Notes under the pieces: generated by a model | Told to the model about the DNA's origin: nothing | Seen by the model: the letters and a program-made list of their open reading frames with translations, nothing else | Database searches by the model: none | Translations under genes and position numbers: made by a program | In this document: positions 26,579 through 38,798 of the stretch, piece after piece | Layout: every line of letters starts with the position of its first letter | How positions within the stretch are numbered: the stretch's first letter is position 1 | DNA from: Octopus vulgaris | Taxonomy: Eukaryota | Direction: 5' to 3' | Assembly: GCA_951406725.2 (NCBI GenBank) | Contig: OX597823.1 | Coordinates: 29,450,001 to 29,514,000, forward strand | Length of the DNA: 64,000 nucleotides

Positions 26579-26747
26579 CAACAACAACAACAACAACAAC
26601 ATCGAAAAATACCTTATGAATGAGAACCCAGGTTCGAAATTTCCCCCAAAATACCTGATGAAGGCTGGAGGGTATATCATCCGAAAAGTTGTGCTAACAA
26701 CAAACAAGATGAGGACAAATATCCGTCAAATGTAAATAATGTAAATA
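26209..26747. mobile_element. Fold-back hammerhead element (family H1), head-to-head arms
   Basis: Inverted arms each carry GACAC|CTGATGA...GAAA; (ATT)n/(AAT)n spacer with a B-box remnant; 12-bp TSD ATCTTGACATCA at 26199-26210/26748-26759. Confidence 0.85.
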
Positions 26748-27386
26748 ATCTTGACATCAATTGGAAACTTCCACAGAAAAAATAATATCGACAGGATCAA
26801 CGTATGAAGAGATGAAGGAAGCTTGATATCAGTGCAGACAGCCATCGAATGTCATATTGTCTCTCTCAGACACACCCTGCTAAACAACAGCTGCAAAAAT
26901 AAATACAGAAACTTAGTGCTGATAAGTGAAGAGAACAACTTCCTATGTGTAGGCAGTGAGCTCCTTCAGTCTCTTCTTGACGACCTCCCATAGAACCCCA
27001 AACATCTGAACTAACATAATTAAAAAAAAGATCTGAATGTGAAACGCTCAGCATACCAGAATAAAAACCTGCTTGGATATGTTTCCCGGAGAGTTGAACA
27101 CAGTGATATCGACATGAAGTACAGCCTCTCTTGGACTCGTGACAACTACATCACATCAAGGCTAATGCATTTGGATTCCAAGAACAGGAGATTGCTACGA
27201 AATACCTAATGAACAAAAGAGGGAGTGAAGCCCTTGGAGCTCCAAGACGCAACCGAAAATGTAGCTTATGTTATATTTCAGCGGAAGACATCACACATGT
27301 AATTAGCCACTGCCCCCCAAAATGACATAACGGTACTACCTCCGATTGCGACAAGACGTTGTCGCTGGAACTATATACAATGCCAT

Positions 27387-27618
27387 AGGCGGCGAGCTGG
27401 CAGAAACGTAAGCACGCCGAGCGAAATGCGTAGTCGTATTTCGTCTGTCGCTACGTTCTGAGTTCAAATTCCGCCGAGGTCGACTTTGCCTTTCATCCTT
27501 TCGGGGTCGATAAATTAATTACCAGTTACGCACTGGGGTCGAAATAATCGACTTAATTCGTTTGTCTGTCCTTGTTTGTCCCCTCTGTGTTTAGCCCCTT
27601 GTGGGTAGTAAAGAAATA
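27387..27618 (+). mobile_element. SINE family B, full length
   Basis: TSD TATATACAATGCYAT at 27372-27386/27619-27633. Confidence 0.9.
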
Positions 27619-28134
27619 TATATACAATGCTATTCGAAAAAAAAGACCGTTCGGAAATAAATATAGAGAATCCCACAATTATTGACTACATATACGAACA
27701 TTATCACAAGGGAAACTGGGGGAAACTCCCTTCGAAACCGCTGCCAAGTGTAAACGTAACAGACCAGATATTGCTGTCTGGGACGGACAGGACAAAGTGT
27801 ATTGTTATAATGTTTAGCTGCCTTGCTGGGGTGAATATCACTTTGAAAGTCAAAGAGAAAGAGGATGGCTATAGACAACTGCTTCGAAACCTCCAGCTTC
27901 GATTTTCAGATTACAATTTTATATTTATACCAATAATATTAAATTGAAGCACTTGCTTTTGTAATTGTTATATTCTTTAAAATGATGGATTGTTATAACG
28001 CCCACTTTGGTATACAGTATACTTATTAAAACCAGTAAAGATACGACTATCTCTGACTACCTACTACGTACTCTGGTACTTCACGTACTTCTCAATCTTA
28101 AACTACAAGGGAAAAAGCATCAACGTTCTCCCGC

Positions 28135-29192
28135 AGTACGATACAATTCGAACTTACATGACCAAATTCGACCTCTGGAAATGTCGAATTCAGCAGAGAA
28201 ATACAGCCACTTTTAGTTACTTGGATTCTGCTCTCATTCACGGTAACCTTGATTCTGAGTTAAAGAAACATATAATCACTCATCTAACTGACTTGGAAAC
28301 AGAATTCATCAAATACTTCCCAGATGTAGATAAAAAGCGTGAAGTTTGGAAGGTCGTTAGGAACCCATTTCAGTGTGAAGTGACTGATGTTTTGGATGAA
28401 GTGCAACAGGAGTTTCTTGAGCTGAAGTTCAACTCTCCATCTAAGCGAGACTTCAAAGAACTGGATCATGAAACGTTCTGGATCAAGTACCTTCCTGTTT
28501 ACCCTCTGATCTCACATCGGGCTCTTCGGATTTTAGCTATGTTTGGATGCACGTACCTTAGTGAAGCTGTATTTTCCACGCTCGTTGCTGTCAAGACCAA
28601 GTACAGAAACAGGCTGAATGTTGAAAGGAACTTACGTTGTGCACTCTCTGGCATTCAACCAAGCATTCAAGATTTTTGTAGTTAAGAAGTAGTGTAAAGT
28701 ATTTCACTAATAATGTAATTAATTCATATTCAATAAAAAAAAAATCTTTTTTGCCTAGGAAGCAGTGTCAAGTATCTCACTTTTTGTATAATGTGATTAT
28801 ATATATTACGGAGATGTACTTGCATAGCATGTGACCTGATCTGAGATTTTGAGCTGGAACGAAAACAACTGCAACATGGAAGGTGTTTAAAAGCCATTTA
28901 AAAACGCACAAAAACCGTTAGATTCACTTCAACATTTAAATTTAATTTGCCAAAATATCTTCGTCGCTTTGAGACCCCGACCTGTTCACTGACAAAATTC
29001 CGTGATTATATATAAAATTATACATATTTTGTTTAATGTGACTAATTTATATTCAATAAAAAAACTAAAAGCATATTTTAGATTTTATTTAAAATTTGGG
29101 TGGGAATTTTATTCATAGATGCAAGGGTGGCGCGTGGAGGGAAGGACAAATTCCTAGGGGAGGCGTGGTAGTAAAAAGGTTAAGAACCACTG
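28135..29192 (+). mobile_element. hAT (Buster/Charlie) transposon 3' part with transposase dimerization-domain remnant
   Basis: ORF 28158-28685: FWIKYLPVYPLISHRALRILAMFGCTYLSEAVFSTLVAVKTKYRNRL; right terminus AAAGGTTAAGAACCACTG ends at 29192. Confidence 0.85.
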
Positions 29193-29769
29193 GTCCAAAC
29201 TGACGCGTCACGCAAATGATTTTTATTTCTTGAAGAGTCTGTACCTATTGTTCTTTATCAAGAAGGAGTCCATGTAGCCCACACGCTTCTTGGTGTGGAC
29301 ACTCCTTGAGATTTTCCAAACGACGCCGGTTAGTCAATGGAGAGGGTTACATATTTCATCAGAGCATACAGTATGATCTCATCCGACAACATATCTTGCC
29401 TCCACTCCTTTTCCTTTTGTTGAATCACCCCATTTCCTTCGATACTATATTTCACGATAACTCCACATTTAGCAAGTAGATCGCAACCTCTCTATACAGG
29501 AAAGATCAAGCATATTCATATAACCGTTTGATTGGTGAGGGCGTTGTAAATAACAAATTCAACAATCTTTCAGTCAGTCTTATTGCTGGAAATGTACCGA
29601 CCTGTCTTACACCGTTTGACCTGCATCAATCCTGCCATCATGGAACTCTTTGCTTGTAGTAAAGGTAGCCCTGTCATCAATAGATATAAGTAGATGGATG
29701 GCCAACTGGTCCTTGGACTTTTTTTTATATAAGCGTCGTTGGGAATTTAGAGACCAAAATTATCATATT

Positions 29770-29987
29770 CTCTTTCTCTTTTACTTGTTTCAGTCAATTG
29801 ACTGCGGCCATGCTGGAGCACCGCCTTTAATCGAGCAACTCGACCCCGGGACTTATTCTTTTTGTAAGCCCAGTACTTATTCTATCGGTCTCTTTTGCCG
29901 AACCGCTAAGAAACGGGGACAAAAACACACCAGCATCGGTTGTCAAGCAATGCTAGGGGGACAAACACAGACACAGAAACAAACACA

Positions 29988-30036
<49 letters not shown>

Positions 30037-30466
30037 TCATCATCATCATCATCATCGTTTAACGTCCGTTTTCCGCGCTAGCACGGGTTGGACGGTTCGA
30101 CCGGGGTCTGGGGAGCCAGGGCTGCCCCAGGCTCCAGTCTGATCTGGCAGTGTTTCTACAGCTGGATGCCCTTCCTAACGCCAACCACTCCGCGAGTGTA
30201 GTGGGTGCTTTTTACGTGCCACCTGCACAGGTGCCAGAGGGGTCTGGCATCGGCCACGATCAGTTGGTGCTTTTTTTTTTTTTATATATATATATATATA
30301 CATATATACGACGGGCTTCTTTCAGTTTCCGTCTACCAAATCCACTCACTTTGGTCAACCCGAGGCTATAGTAGAAGACACTTGCCCAAGGTGCCACGCA
30401 GTGGGACTGAACCCAGCACCATGTGGTTGGTAAACAAGCTACTTACCACACAGCCACTCCTGCGCC
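29770..30466 (-). mobile_element. SINE family A with an RTE 3' fragment (30034-30274) inserted in its internal (TA)n
   Basis: Both SINE halves match 50-467; the insert matches the 3' UTR at 35107-35340. Confidence 0.9.
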
Positions 30467-31077
30467 TATAGGTTGGTTTACTATTTAATGTTTCTGTAAA
30501 TATAAATATAATTCATTCAACACTCAACGATTTAAATAGTTTAGGGAGAAACTCTGTGTTCTCTTAATGTCATATAAGTCGCAGCAGAGTACGATAGCTA
30601 TTGTGTTTTGGCCTGGACTACATTGGCTGAACGCATTTTTTTTTTAGTTGAAATGCGCATCATAAATCTCAGCTATTCTTCCGAATTTGGATCCACTGTA
30701 ATCGCAATAAATACTCGTTGTTAGGATTTAAAAACACAGCGGAAGCATTCTGAAGTGAATGAAGTCAACGCCACGTTTCTTTTAAAACTGAATCTGTTGT
30801 AAATTATATTAGACGTTCTCTCTTGTTAAGAAGGATTTTGCAACGTACGAGTATGTTATTTGGTTTTGAAACTGCTGCATCTTTACCATAAGTCCTCCTA
30901 CTCACTTTGTGTATTTATGTCTCTCTTCAATTTTGTCTCGCAATCAATCTTTCTAATCACTTATTTGAGAGAGAGAGAAAGAGTGAAGAAACTTACAGCT
31001 AAAGAAAAACAAAGAGTTGCACGTCACACAAACGTATCCTTTAACTCTCCCCCTCCCCGCTGCCTCTCTCTCTCTCT

Positions 31078-31132
<55 letters not shown>

Positions 31133-31344
31133 CCTGTATACATGTGTGTGTGTGGCTATTCCACGTGCCTTTCATTCTCTGTCTACTCCACTTTTCTAGG
31201 GAAAGAGTGACGTAGAAACAAGTTTACCAATTCAACATTCTGCTTTTCTACACTTCTTTGTTGACTGTCAGAAAGGTATGGTTTAAGAGAAATTTGGCAG
31301 CTATTTTTCAGAAAAAATGCACCATAAATGTGTGTGTGTGTGTT

Positions 31345-31417
<73 letters not shown>

Positions 31418-31510
31418 TAATTTCAACCGTGTTCTTTCTGTTGTGAGTTTGCTACCCAGGTACCGGTTATCTCTCGAATTATCCGTAATAAGATAATTCA
31501 TTTATCTACT

Positions 31511-31548
<38 letters not shown>

Positions 31549-31740
31549 TATGTACATTACAGATATGGGGTGAAATACAATTAATTTAATAAAATCAACA
31601 AATTTCACCTAGTAGTATTTCGGTATTGAAAAGGACCATATTCGGTAAAAACTTATATGATTATAACAATAAGGGTTTTTGCAACAAAATTTTCGCTATG
31701 TGGTTAAGTAACTTGTTGCAAAAACCCTTATTGTTATAAT

Positions 31741-31796
<56 letters not shown>

Positions 31797-31889
31797 GATG
31801 TGGATTTACCGATGTGAAGATATACTGAGGATAGTAAAATAAACTTAACTGGAGTTTTTCTATACTCACAAAGGTGAGCCAGTATTATT

Positions 31890-32764
31890 AACTAGTAAAA
31901 GTGAATACGCTCCCCGCTAGGATTGTATGTCCCTACCAACCTAATTTAGAAACTTACCTTTAATAACACTCGCATATCTATATATATAAAACAGAGATTC
32001 TCTCCGTTTGTGTGTTTGTTTGTCCCATAAAATTAAAGTAAATAGTTCGAGGAAGGCAACACTAATTGTGCACAAACTTATGACGAATATTCTCACTGGT
32101 TGTGGTAAACGTGACGCCATCTTCGTTCCTCGCATACCAGTTGTATTATCTAATGTCTCATTTAAACCCTTACAATTTCCTAACCCATTTTCTTTTGCCA
32201 TGAGCATTAATAGAAGTCAGGGCCAAACTCTAAAAGTTGTTGGATTGCAGCTTGAAAAACAAACAGAAGTTCGTACCTGAAATCCATCTCTTTTCTACTT
32301 TAATTATTACATGTTTTTCTCTTATATAATACACACATACAGGACAAGTAAATACAGGACAACTAAATCTGATAGACAAGACACTGTTTGTAATTTCATT
32401 GGACTATTATTAACTGTTGCCTTGCCTTCCATTCCTGTAATTTAGCGTCGGAATTTCAGCACTAATATTGATATGACACAGCATTTGTAATTTCATTTCA
32501 CTATTACTTACTGATATTCCTAATCAAAGAAAAATCTACTAAAAAAGAAAAAGACCGTCAATATACGAACACCAAACAAACGCACGACGTGCCATGCTTT
32601 TTCTATATGTACAGTGATGTTCCACTTAACCTGCAGCCTTTTCAGTGCCATCGCAGTCAACTGGATTCCGTAAAGCTATTATATGATATACCCATTTTTC
32701 TAGCTTCTCGGCCCGAGAAACAATAAAAGTAATTACCAGACCAACGACGGGTATTACTGCTAGT
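31890..32764 (+). mobile_element. Helitron remnant (PIF1-like helicase C-terminal fragment)
   Basis: ILTGCGKRDAIFVPRIP...LQFP...FAMSINRSQGQTLKVVGLQL; ends in a hairpin-like segment plus CTAG at about 32735-32763. Confidence 0.75.
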
Positions 32765-33153
32765 ATAAGGAAGGCGTGTTCTTGTTTATCTCCTGTCCTA
32801 GCTTGATTTACGCGTTCGTCACCACAGCCTCATTTAGGCTTAGCAGCCCTTCCTGCTTGTTTTCACTGTCCTGTTTGCGCTACCTATTTTAACCCTCTGC
32901 AAAAATCCTAAATTTTATTTAATTTGCTTTGCAGGAGCAACTGTTTTATCGAAAACGTTTATTGTTGTTAAATGCTCGAAATACGAGAGTAGAAAAACAG
33001 CCAACAACTGATGAAGGGTCGTTCTTTCTGTTGTTTGTCTTGTTTTCCATTTGTGTCTTTCGTTGTTCGAAAGAATAGTTCATGTTCCATGTACTCGTGC
33101 TTCGTACATTTTTGTTGTACTCGCTTCATGACGTCCTGTGCCCATATATGTAT

Positions 33154-33194
<41 letters not shown>

Positions 33195-33223
33195 ATATTT
33201 ATATACATACATACACACACACA

Positions 33224-33269
<46 letters not shown>

Positions 33270-33280
<11 letters not shown>

Positions 33281-33763
33281 AAGCAAGTAAAAAATAGAAA
33301 ATGCTAAAATAATTTTATAGTGAACATTTCAGTACCGGTTTCGGTCATTTTGAGACCTTTTCAACTGTAACGATTAAATAATTAAATTTAGAAAAATTAG
33401 AAGAAAAGTTTTTTAAAAGAATATTTCTATAGTAGTGTTCAGATTTAAGTGGCATTCTGCCTTTCTCTGACTCCCTTGTTTGCACTTGTGTGTTCAAGGT
33501 AGTTGTGAGTTCTACCTTGAACACACAACTACCTTGAACACACAAGTGCAAACAAGGGAGTCAGAGAAAGGCAGAATGCCACTTAAATCTGAACACTACT
33601 ATAGAAATATTCTTTTAAAAAAACTTTTCTTCTAATTTTTCTAAATTTAATTATTTAATCGTTACAGTTGAAAAGGTCTCAAAATGACCGAAACCGGTAC
33701 TGAAATGTTCACTATAAAATTATTTTAGCATTTTCTATTTTTTACTTGTTTTTTCATATATAT
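33270..33763. repeat. Near-perfect palindrome (two ~235-bp arms, 16-bp spacer) of a Penelope-like unit
   Basis: Arms at 33270-33507 and 33524-33763 differ by about one substitution and one indel, by eye. Confidence 0.9.
33665..33702 (+). ncRNA. Minimal hammerhead, U3-A8 core variant (mirror copy on - strand at about 33329-33366)
   Basis: CAG|TTGAAAA|GGTC-TCAAAAT-GACC|GAA|ACCGGT|A|CTG; palindromic stem III, GUA cleavage triplet. Confidence 0.65.
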
Positions 33764-33852
33764 CAACTCGTGTGTTCCTTTTCACCCTTATACATATATA
33801 TATATATATATATATACACGTATAGATGTATGTACATATACGTATGTATATA

Positions 33853-33960
<108 letters not shown>

Positions 33961-34062
33961 CATACATACATACATAGATATAGTTAATCCAAACATGAAA
34001 ACACAGCAACGCGAGGACGTGGAACAAGTATAGTGTTATTGGACGCTCAGGAAAGAAGGAGG

Positions 34063-34097
34063 GTTTAACGTTTCGAGCGGAGCTCTTCGTCAGAAAC
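34063..34097 (-). ncRNA. Minimal type-I hammerhead, canonical core (in pLTR-like unit about 33983-34168)
   Basis: GTTT|CTGACGA|A|GAGC-TCC-GCTC|GAA|ACGT|T|AAAC. Confidence 0.75.
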
Positions 34098-34388
34098 ATA
34101 GGAAAAGGAAAGATCCAAAGAAGGGAAGACGGAGGGAAAAAAATCGCCAACGGTACACACACGGTCACAAAACAATTGCAGCGCGGAAAAGCCTTTTAAG
34201 AAACACACAAAAACATTTAAATTTAATTTGCCAAAATATTTTCGTCGCATTGAGACCACGACCTGTTCGCTGACAAAATTCCGTGCAGGCTTATAAACAC
34301 CTTCCATGCTGCAATTGTTTTCGTTCCAGCACACGATCTCAGATCAGGTCACTTGCTGTGCAAGTACATCTCCGTAACCATATATATG

Positions 34389-34436
<48 letters not shown>

Positions 34437-34517
34437 CCCGGGTTGATTCAGGGTTAACCACAGTAAATAAGGTACTCAATACATAGCAGAGTAAAATTAA
34501 TTTATTATATAGAAGGA

Positions 34518-34566
34518 GCTTCTACAGGACTAGAACTGTTTCATTCAAGAGAAATCTTCAGGAAGC
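34518..34566 (-). ncRNA. Hammerhead-like motif with closed stem III
   Basis: GCTTC|CTGAAGA|TTTC-TCTT-GAAT|GAA|ACAG-loop-CTGT|A|GAAGC; stem II is weak. Confidence 0.5.
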
Positions 34567-34827
34567 TAGTTAACAAGAATTGTATTGGCATTTATACATT
34601 TAGGCAGGTTTAAAGGGGTGGTGGTGGGGGACTTTTTGGGGGTAGGCATAGCGCAAAATATCATACTTGGGGGAGTGGTCAAGGAGTCAGTGGTAAATTA
34701 GATAAAAGAATAAAAAAATATATAAAAGAATCGAGTTTTAGGTAAATAAGGAGATTCTCACTTATACCTATACACATATGTATACATATATACACACACA
34801 CACACACATATACATACACACATACAT

Positions 34828-34872
<45 letters not shown>

Positions 34873-35106
34873 CACATACATACATACATCTACACACATA
34901 TATACATATATATATATATCTATATATACACACATATATACACATACCTATATATATACACACACACACACATATGCATACACATATACACGTATATATA
35001 CACACACGACCACACATACATATACACACATAAAAATATATACATACACACACATACACATACACGCATACACACACATATCCACATACACACATGCACA
35101 CTATAT

Positions 35107-38100
35107 ATCATCATCATCATCATCATCATTTAGCGTCCGTTTTCCATGCTAGCATGGGTTGGACGGTTCTGCTGGGGTCTGTGAAGCCAGAAGGCTTCAT
35201 CAGGCCCAGTCAAATCTGGCAGTGTTTCTACGGCTGGATGCCCTTCCTAACGCCAACCACTCCGTGAGTGTAGTGGGTGCTTTTTACGTGCCACCCGCAC
35301 TGGTGCCAGACCGAGCTGGCACCCGGCCACGAACGGAGGGTGCTTTTTATGTGCCACCGGCACGAGGGCCAGGCGAGGCTGGCAACGGACACGAAACGGG
35401 GCGGTGCTGGCAACGGTCGCGAAACGGAAAGTTCTCTTACATGCCACCGGCACTGGTAACACATCTGCAATTTCCATTGATCGATTTCCATTGATCGATT
35501 TCGATTCTGATCCTCACTTGCCTCAATGGGTCTTCACAAGCAGAGTTTCGACATGCCACCGGCACTGGTAGCACATCCGCAATTTCCATTGATCGATTAC
35601 GATTCTGATCCTCACTTGCCTCAACACGTCTTCACAAGTAGAGTTTTGTGTCCCAAGAAGGGAAGGTATGCATACGTAGGCTGGCTCCATCCCATGTAGA
35701 AGGCCACGGGTTGTGGACTCACTTGTCCTGCCGGGTCTTCTCGCGCACAGCACACTTCCAGAGGTCTCGGTCTCTAGTCATTTCCTCAGTGAGACCTAAA
35801 GTTCGAAGGTCGTGCTTCACCACCTCGTCCCAGGTTTTCCTGGGTCTGCCTCTTCCACAGGTTCCCTCAACCGCTAGGGCGTGGCACTTTTTCACACAAC
35901 TATCTTCATCCATTCTCGCCACATGACCATACCAGCGCAAACGTCTCTCTTGCACACCACAACTGATGCTTCTTAGGTCCAGCTTTTCTCTCAAGGTACT
36001 TACACTCTGCCGAGTGTGAGTACTGGCATTACACATCCATCGGAGCATACTGGCTTCATTTCTAGCGAGCTTACGCATATCCTCAGCAGTCACGGCCCAT
36101 GTTTCACTGCCATGTAGCATGGCTGTTCGTACACACGCATCATACAGTCTGCCTTTCACTCTGTGCGAGAGGCCTTTTGTCACCAGCAGAGGTAAGAGCT
36201 CTCTGAACTTTGCCCAAGCTATTCTTACTCTAGCAGTTACACTTTCAGCACACCCGCCCCCGCTGCTGACTTGGTCACCTAGGTAACGGAAACTATCAAC
36301 TATTTCTAGTTTTTCTCCCTGGAAAGTGACAGAAGTTGGTCTCAGAGCATTTTCAGTGTTTATTGTTCCTGAGCATCTGCCACATACAAAAACCATCTTC
36401 CTAGTTAGCCTTCCTTTGACATTGCTGCATCTCTTATGTGTCCATAGCTTACACTTGGTGCATCTTATAGAGTTTCTACCTACACCTTTTCTACAGATCG
36501 AGCAGGGCCATCTACCTGAAGGTGTTTGTGATTTGTCAACCTTCCTACTGATTACGACTTTGGTTTTAGCTAGATTGACTCTAAGGCCCTTCGATTCTAA
36601 TCCTTGTTTCCACACCTGAAACTTCTCCTCCAGTTCTGATAGCGACTCAGCAATTAGAGCAAGGTCATCAGCATAGAGGAGCTCCCAAGGGCATCCTGTC
36701 TTGAATTCCTCCGTTATTGCCTGGAGGACTATGATAAATAGGAGGGGGCTGAGTACTGAGCCTTGGTGGACCCCTACCTCTACCCGGAATTCTTCACTGT
36801 ACTCATTTCCAACCCTCACCCTACTAGTGGCGTCCCTATACATGGCCCGCACAGCTCTCACTAACCATTCATCTATCCCTAGTTTTCTCATTGCCCACCA
36901 GATAAGGGATCGGGGGACCCTGTCGAAGGCTTTCTCCATGTCAACAAAAGCCAGGTACAGGGGCTTATCTTTGGCTAGGTATTTCTCCTGCAGCTGCCTT
37001 ACCAGGAATATAGCATCAGTAGTACTTTTCCCTGGCACAAACCCAAACTGCATCTCATCTAAACTAACTCTCTCTCTAATTAGTTGGGCTATGACCCTCT
37101 CCGTAACCTTCATCACCTGGTCCAACAGCTTGATACCTCTGTAGTTATTTGTATCTAGGGCATCACCTTTACCTTTGTAGCAGTTGACTATTATACTGCT
37201 ACACCAGTCATTGGGTATGACCCCTTTGTGTATCACCTGATTAACTATATGGGTGACTAGGCTATAGCCAACACTACCAGACATTTTGAGCATCTCTGCA
37301 GTGATTCCTGATGGGCCTGGGGCTTTCCCTGTCTTCATGCTTCTAATTGCCTTAGCTACCACAGAACTATCAACTCGGATAGCTGGTCCCTCTGTTGGGT
37401 CAACATTCGGCAGACTCTCTTTATCCCATTCATTTTCTTCATTCAGCAACCTTTCATAGTGGCATCTCCAAACCTCTCTCTTTGCATCCTCATTTAGCGC
37501 AAGTGAACCATCTTCCATGCGAACACACTTCTCTCCTACCACATCACGATTCTCTCTCACACACTGTCTTGCAACACGAAACACCTCCAGTCTTTGGTCC
37601 TCACGGCGCAGAACATTGGCAAATTTTTTCTTATCTGCTTCCCCTCTGGCTAAATAAACCTGTCTCCTAGCTTCTCTTTTGGCAGTCTGATACAATTCCC
37701 TGCTACCCCCATTTTTCCAGACCTTCCAAGCCTGTCTCTTTTCTCTAATAGCCCTGTCTACAATGTTGTTCCACCACCACGTTATTCTAGGTCGAGAGGG
37801 GACTTTGCACCAGCCACAGATCTGGTCAGTGGCTCTCAGCAGGTTGTCCCTTAGAAACGTCCAGCTGTCTTCTACCCCCTGTGATGCTCTATCCCCTTCT
37901 ACTTCGTCAGAGGCTTCAAGTAATATGTCCCTAAATCTCTGTCCATTTGCAGGATCTTTAAGCTTCCAGATCCTTCTTCTCCATATTTGTCGTCTTCTGG
38001 TTGTCCTCCTAGTCCTGATCCTAAAGTCACTAACTACCAGTCTATGTTGTGGGGTACATTCTTCACCTGGGAAGGTTTTGGCATTTATAAGCAGCCATCT

Positions 38101-38526
38101 CTCCCTTTGCCTTGTAAGGATGTAGTCAATTTGGCTGGTATGTTGGCCCGATTGGTAAGTGACTAGGTGGCTGGTAGGTTTCCTGAAGTTAGTGTTGCAA
38201 ATCATAAGATTATTTGCATCGCAGAACTCCAGCAGCCTGGTTCCCTCCTCGTTGCGGGAGCCATAGCCATAGCCTCCATGTACGCCATGGAAGCCCCCAG
38301 CATGTCGTCCAACGTGACCATTGAAGTCACCAGCCACAAAGATAAGGTCTCTGTCGTTCGTCAATGAGGTAGTCTGCAGTAGAGTGTCATAGAATCGGTC
38401 TTTCTGTCCATCGGGTAGCCCCGACTGAGGAGCATAGGCTGATATATGGTTGCTAAACTATGATGAAGCACTAATCTAATCTTAAGTATTCTGTCACTTA
38501 CTCTGATTACCTCAATTACTTTATCT
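35107..38526 (-). mobile_element. Young 5'-truncated RTE-clade LINE
   Basis: APE C-terminal half, RT, 3' UTR and (GAT)n tail; microsatellite on both flanks. Confidence 0.95.
35719..38364 (-). CDS. RTE ORF (APE endonuclease part + reverse transcriptase with internal C4HC3 finger); frame continues upstream to a 1-bp frameshift near 38443
   Basis: GDFN, SQIDY, QHRLV, NYRGIKL, FVDMEKAFDRV, GVHQGSVLSP, YADD (36664-36675), FRYLG, RRLRWYGHVARM, RGRPRKTW. Confidence 0.93.
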   Translation of the reverse strand: MTNDRDLIFVAGDFNGHVGRHAGGFHGVHGGYGYGSRNEEGTRLLEFCDANNLMICNTNFRKPTSHLVTYQSGQHTSQIDYILTRQRERWLLINAKTFPGEECTPQHRLVVSDFRIRTRRTTRRRQIWRRRIWKLKDPANGQRFRDILLEASDEVEGDRASQGVEDSWTFLRDNLLRATDQICGWCKVPSRPRITWWWNNIVDRAIREKRQAWKVWKNGGSRELYQTAKREARRQVYLARGEADKKKFANVLRREDQRLEVFRVARQCVRENRDVVGEKCVRMEDGSLALNEDAKREVWRCHYERLLNEENEWDKESLPNVDPTEGPAIRVDSSVVAKAIRSMKTGKAPGPSGITAEMLKMSGSVGYSLVTHIVNQVIHKGVIPNDWCSSIIVNCYKGKGDALDTNNYRGIKLLDQVMKVTERVIAQLIRERVSLDEMQFGFVPGKSTTDAIFLVRQLQEKYLAKDKPLYLAFVDMEKAFDRVPRSLIWWAMRKLGIDEWLVRAVRAMYRDATSRVRVGNEYSEEFRVEVGVHQGSVLSPLLFIIVLQAITEEFKTGCPWELLYADDLALIAESLSELEEKFQVWKQGLESKGLRVNLAKTKVVISRKVDKSQTPSGRWPCSICRKGVGRNSIRCTKCKLWTHKRCSNVKGRLTRKMVFVCGRCSGTINTENALRPTSVTFQGEKLEIVDSFRYLGDQVSSGGGCAESVTARVRIAWAKFRELLPLLVTKGLSHRVKGRLYDACVRTAMLHGSETWAVTAEDMRKLARNEASMLRWMCNASTHTRQSVSTLREKLDLRSISCGVQERRLRWYGHVARMDEDSCVKKCHALAVEGTCGRGRPRKTWDEVVKHDLRTLGLTEEMTRDRDLWKCAVREKTRQDK

Positions 38527-38746
38527 CTCTGATTACCTCAATTACTTTATCTCTCTGATTACCTCAATTACTTTATCTCTCTGATTACCTCAATTACTTT
38601 ATCTCTCTGATTACCTCAATTACTTTATCTCTCTGATTACCTCAATTACTTTATCTCTCTGATTACCTCAATTACTTTATCTCTCTGATTACCTCAATTA
38701 CTTTATCTCTCTGATTACCTCAATTACTTTATCTCCTCAATTACTT

Positions 38747-38749
<3 letters not shown>
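38501..38749. repeat. 26-bp tandem repeat, 9 identical units plus a partial, at the LINE 5' junction
   Basis: Unit CTCTGATTACCTCAATTACTTTATCT; the first unit is LINE coding sequence (DKVIEVIR). Confidence 0.95.

Positions 38750-38798
<49 letters not shown>

Larger units (their letters stand above)
25260..27950 (+). mobile_element. Decayed R4/Dong-clade LINE (RT + CCHC + RLE), interrupted by two insertions
   Basis: AWLDYRKA, QGIFQGDSPSVLLFILAL, FFVDD, CSLC...EDITHVISHC, EKEDGYRQLLRNLQ; many stops and frameshifts. Confidence 0.8.

Noticed and set aside
28158-28685. Domesticated ZBED8/FAM200-like host gene
   Set aside because: Only the C-terminal fragment is present, and a transposon terminus persists at 29192
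32990-33145. CTGATGA...GAAA as a hammerhead
   Set aside because: I could not build convincing stems II and III, and the copy at about 62785 has CTGATGC
36326-38367. Several + strand ORFs
   Set aside because: Antisense shadows of the RTE ORF
38501-38749. CRISPR-like array
   Set aside because: Identical head-to-tail units with no spacers, derived from adjacent LINE sequence, in a eukaryotic context
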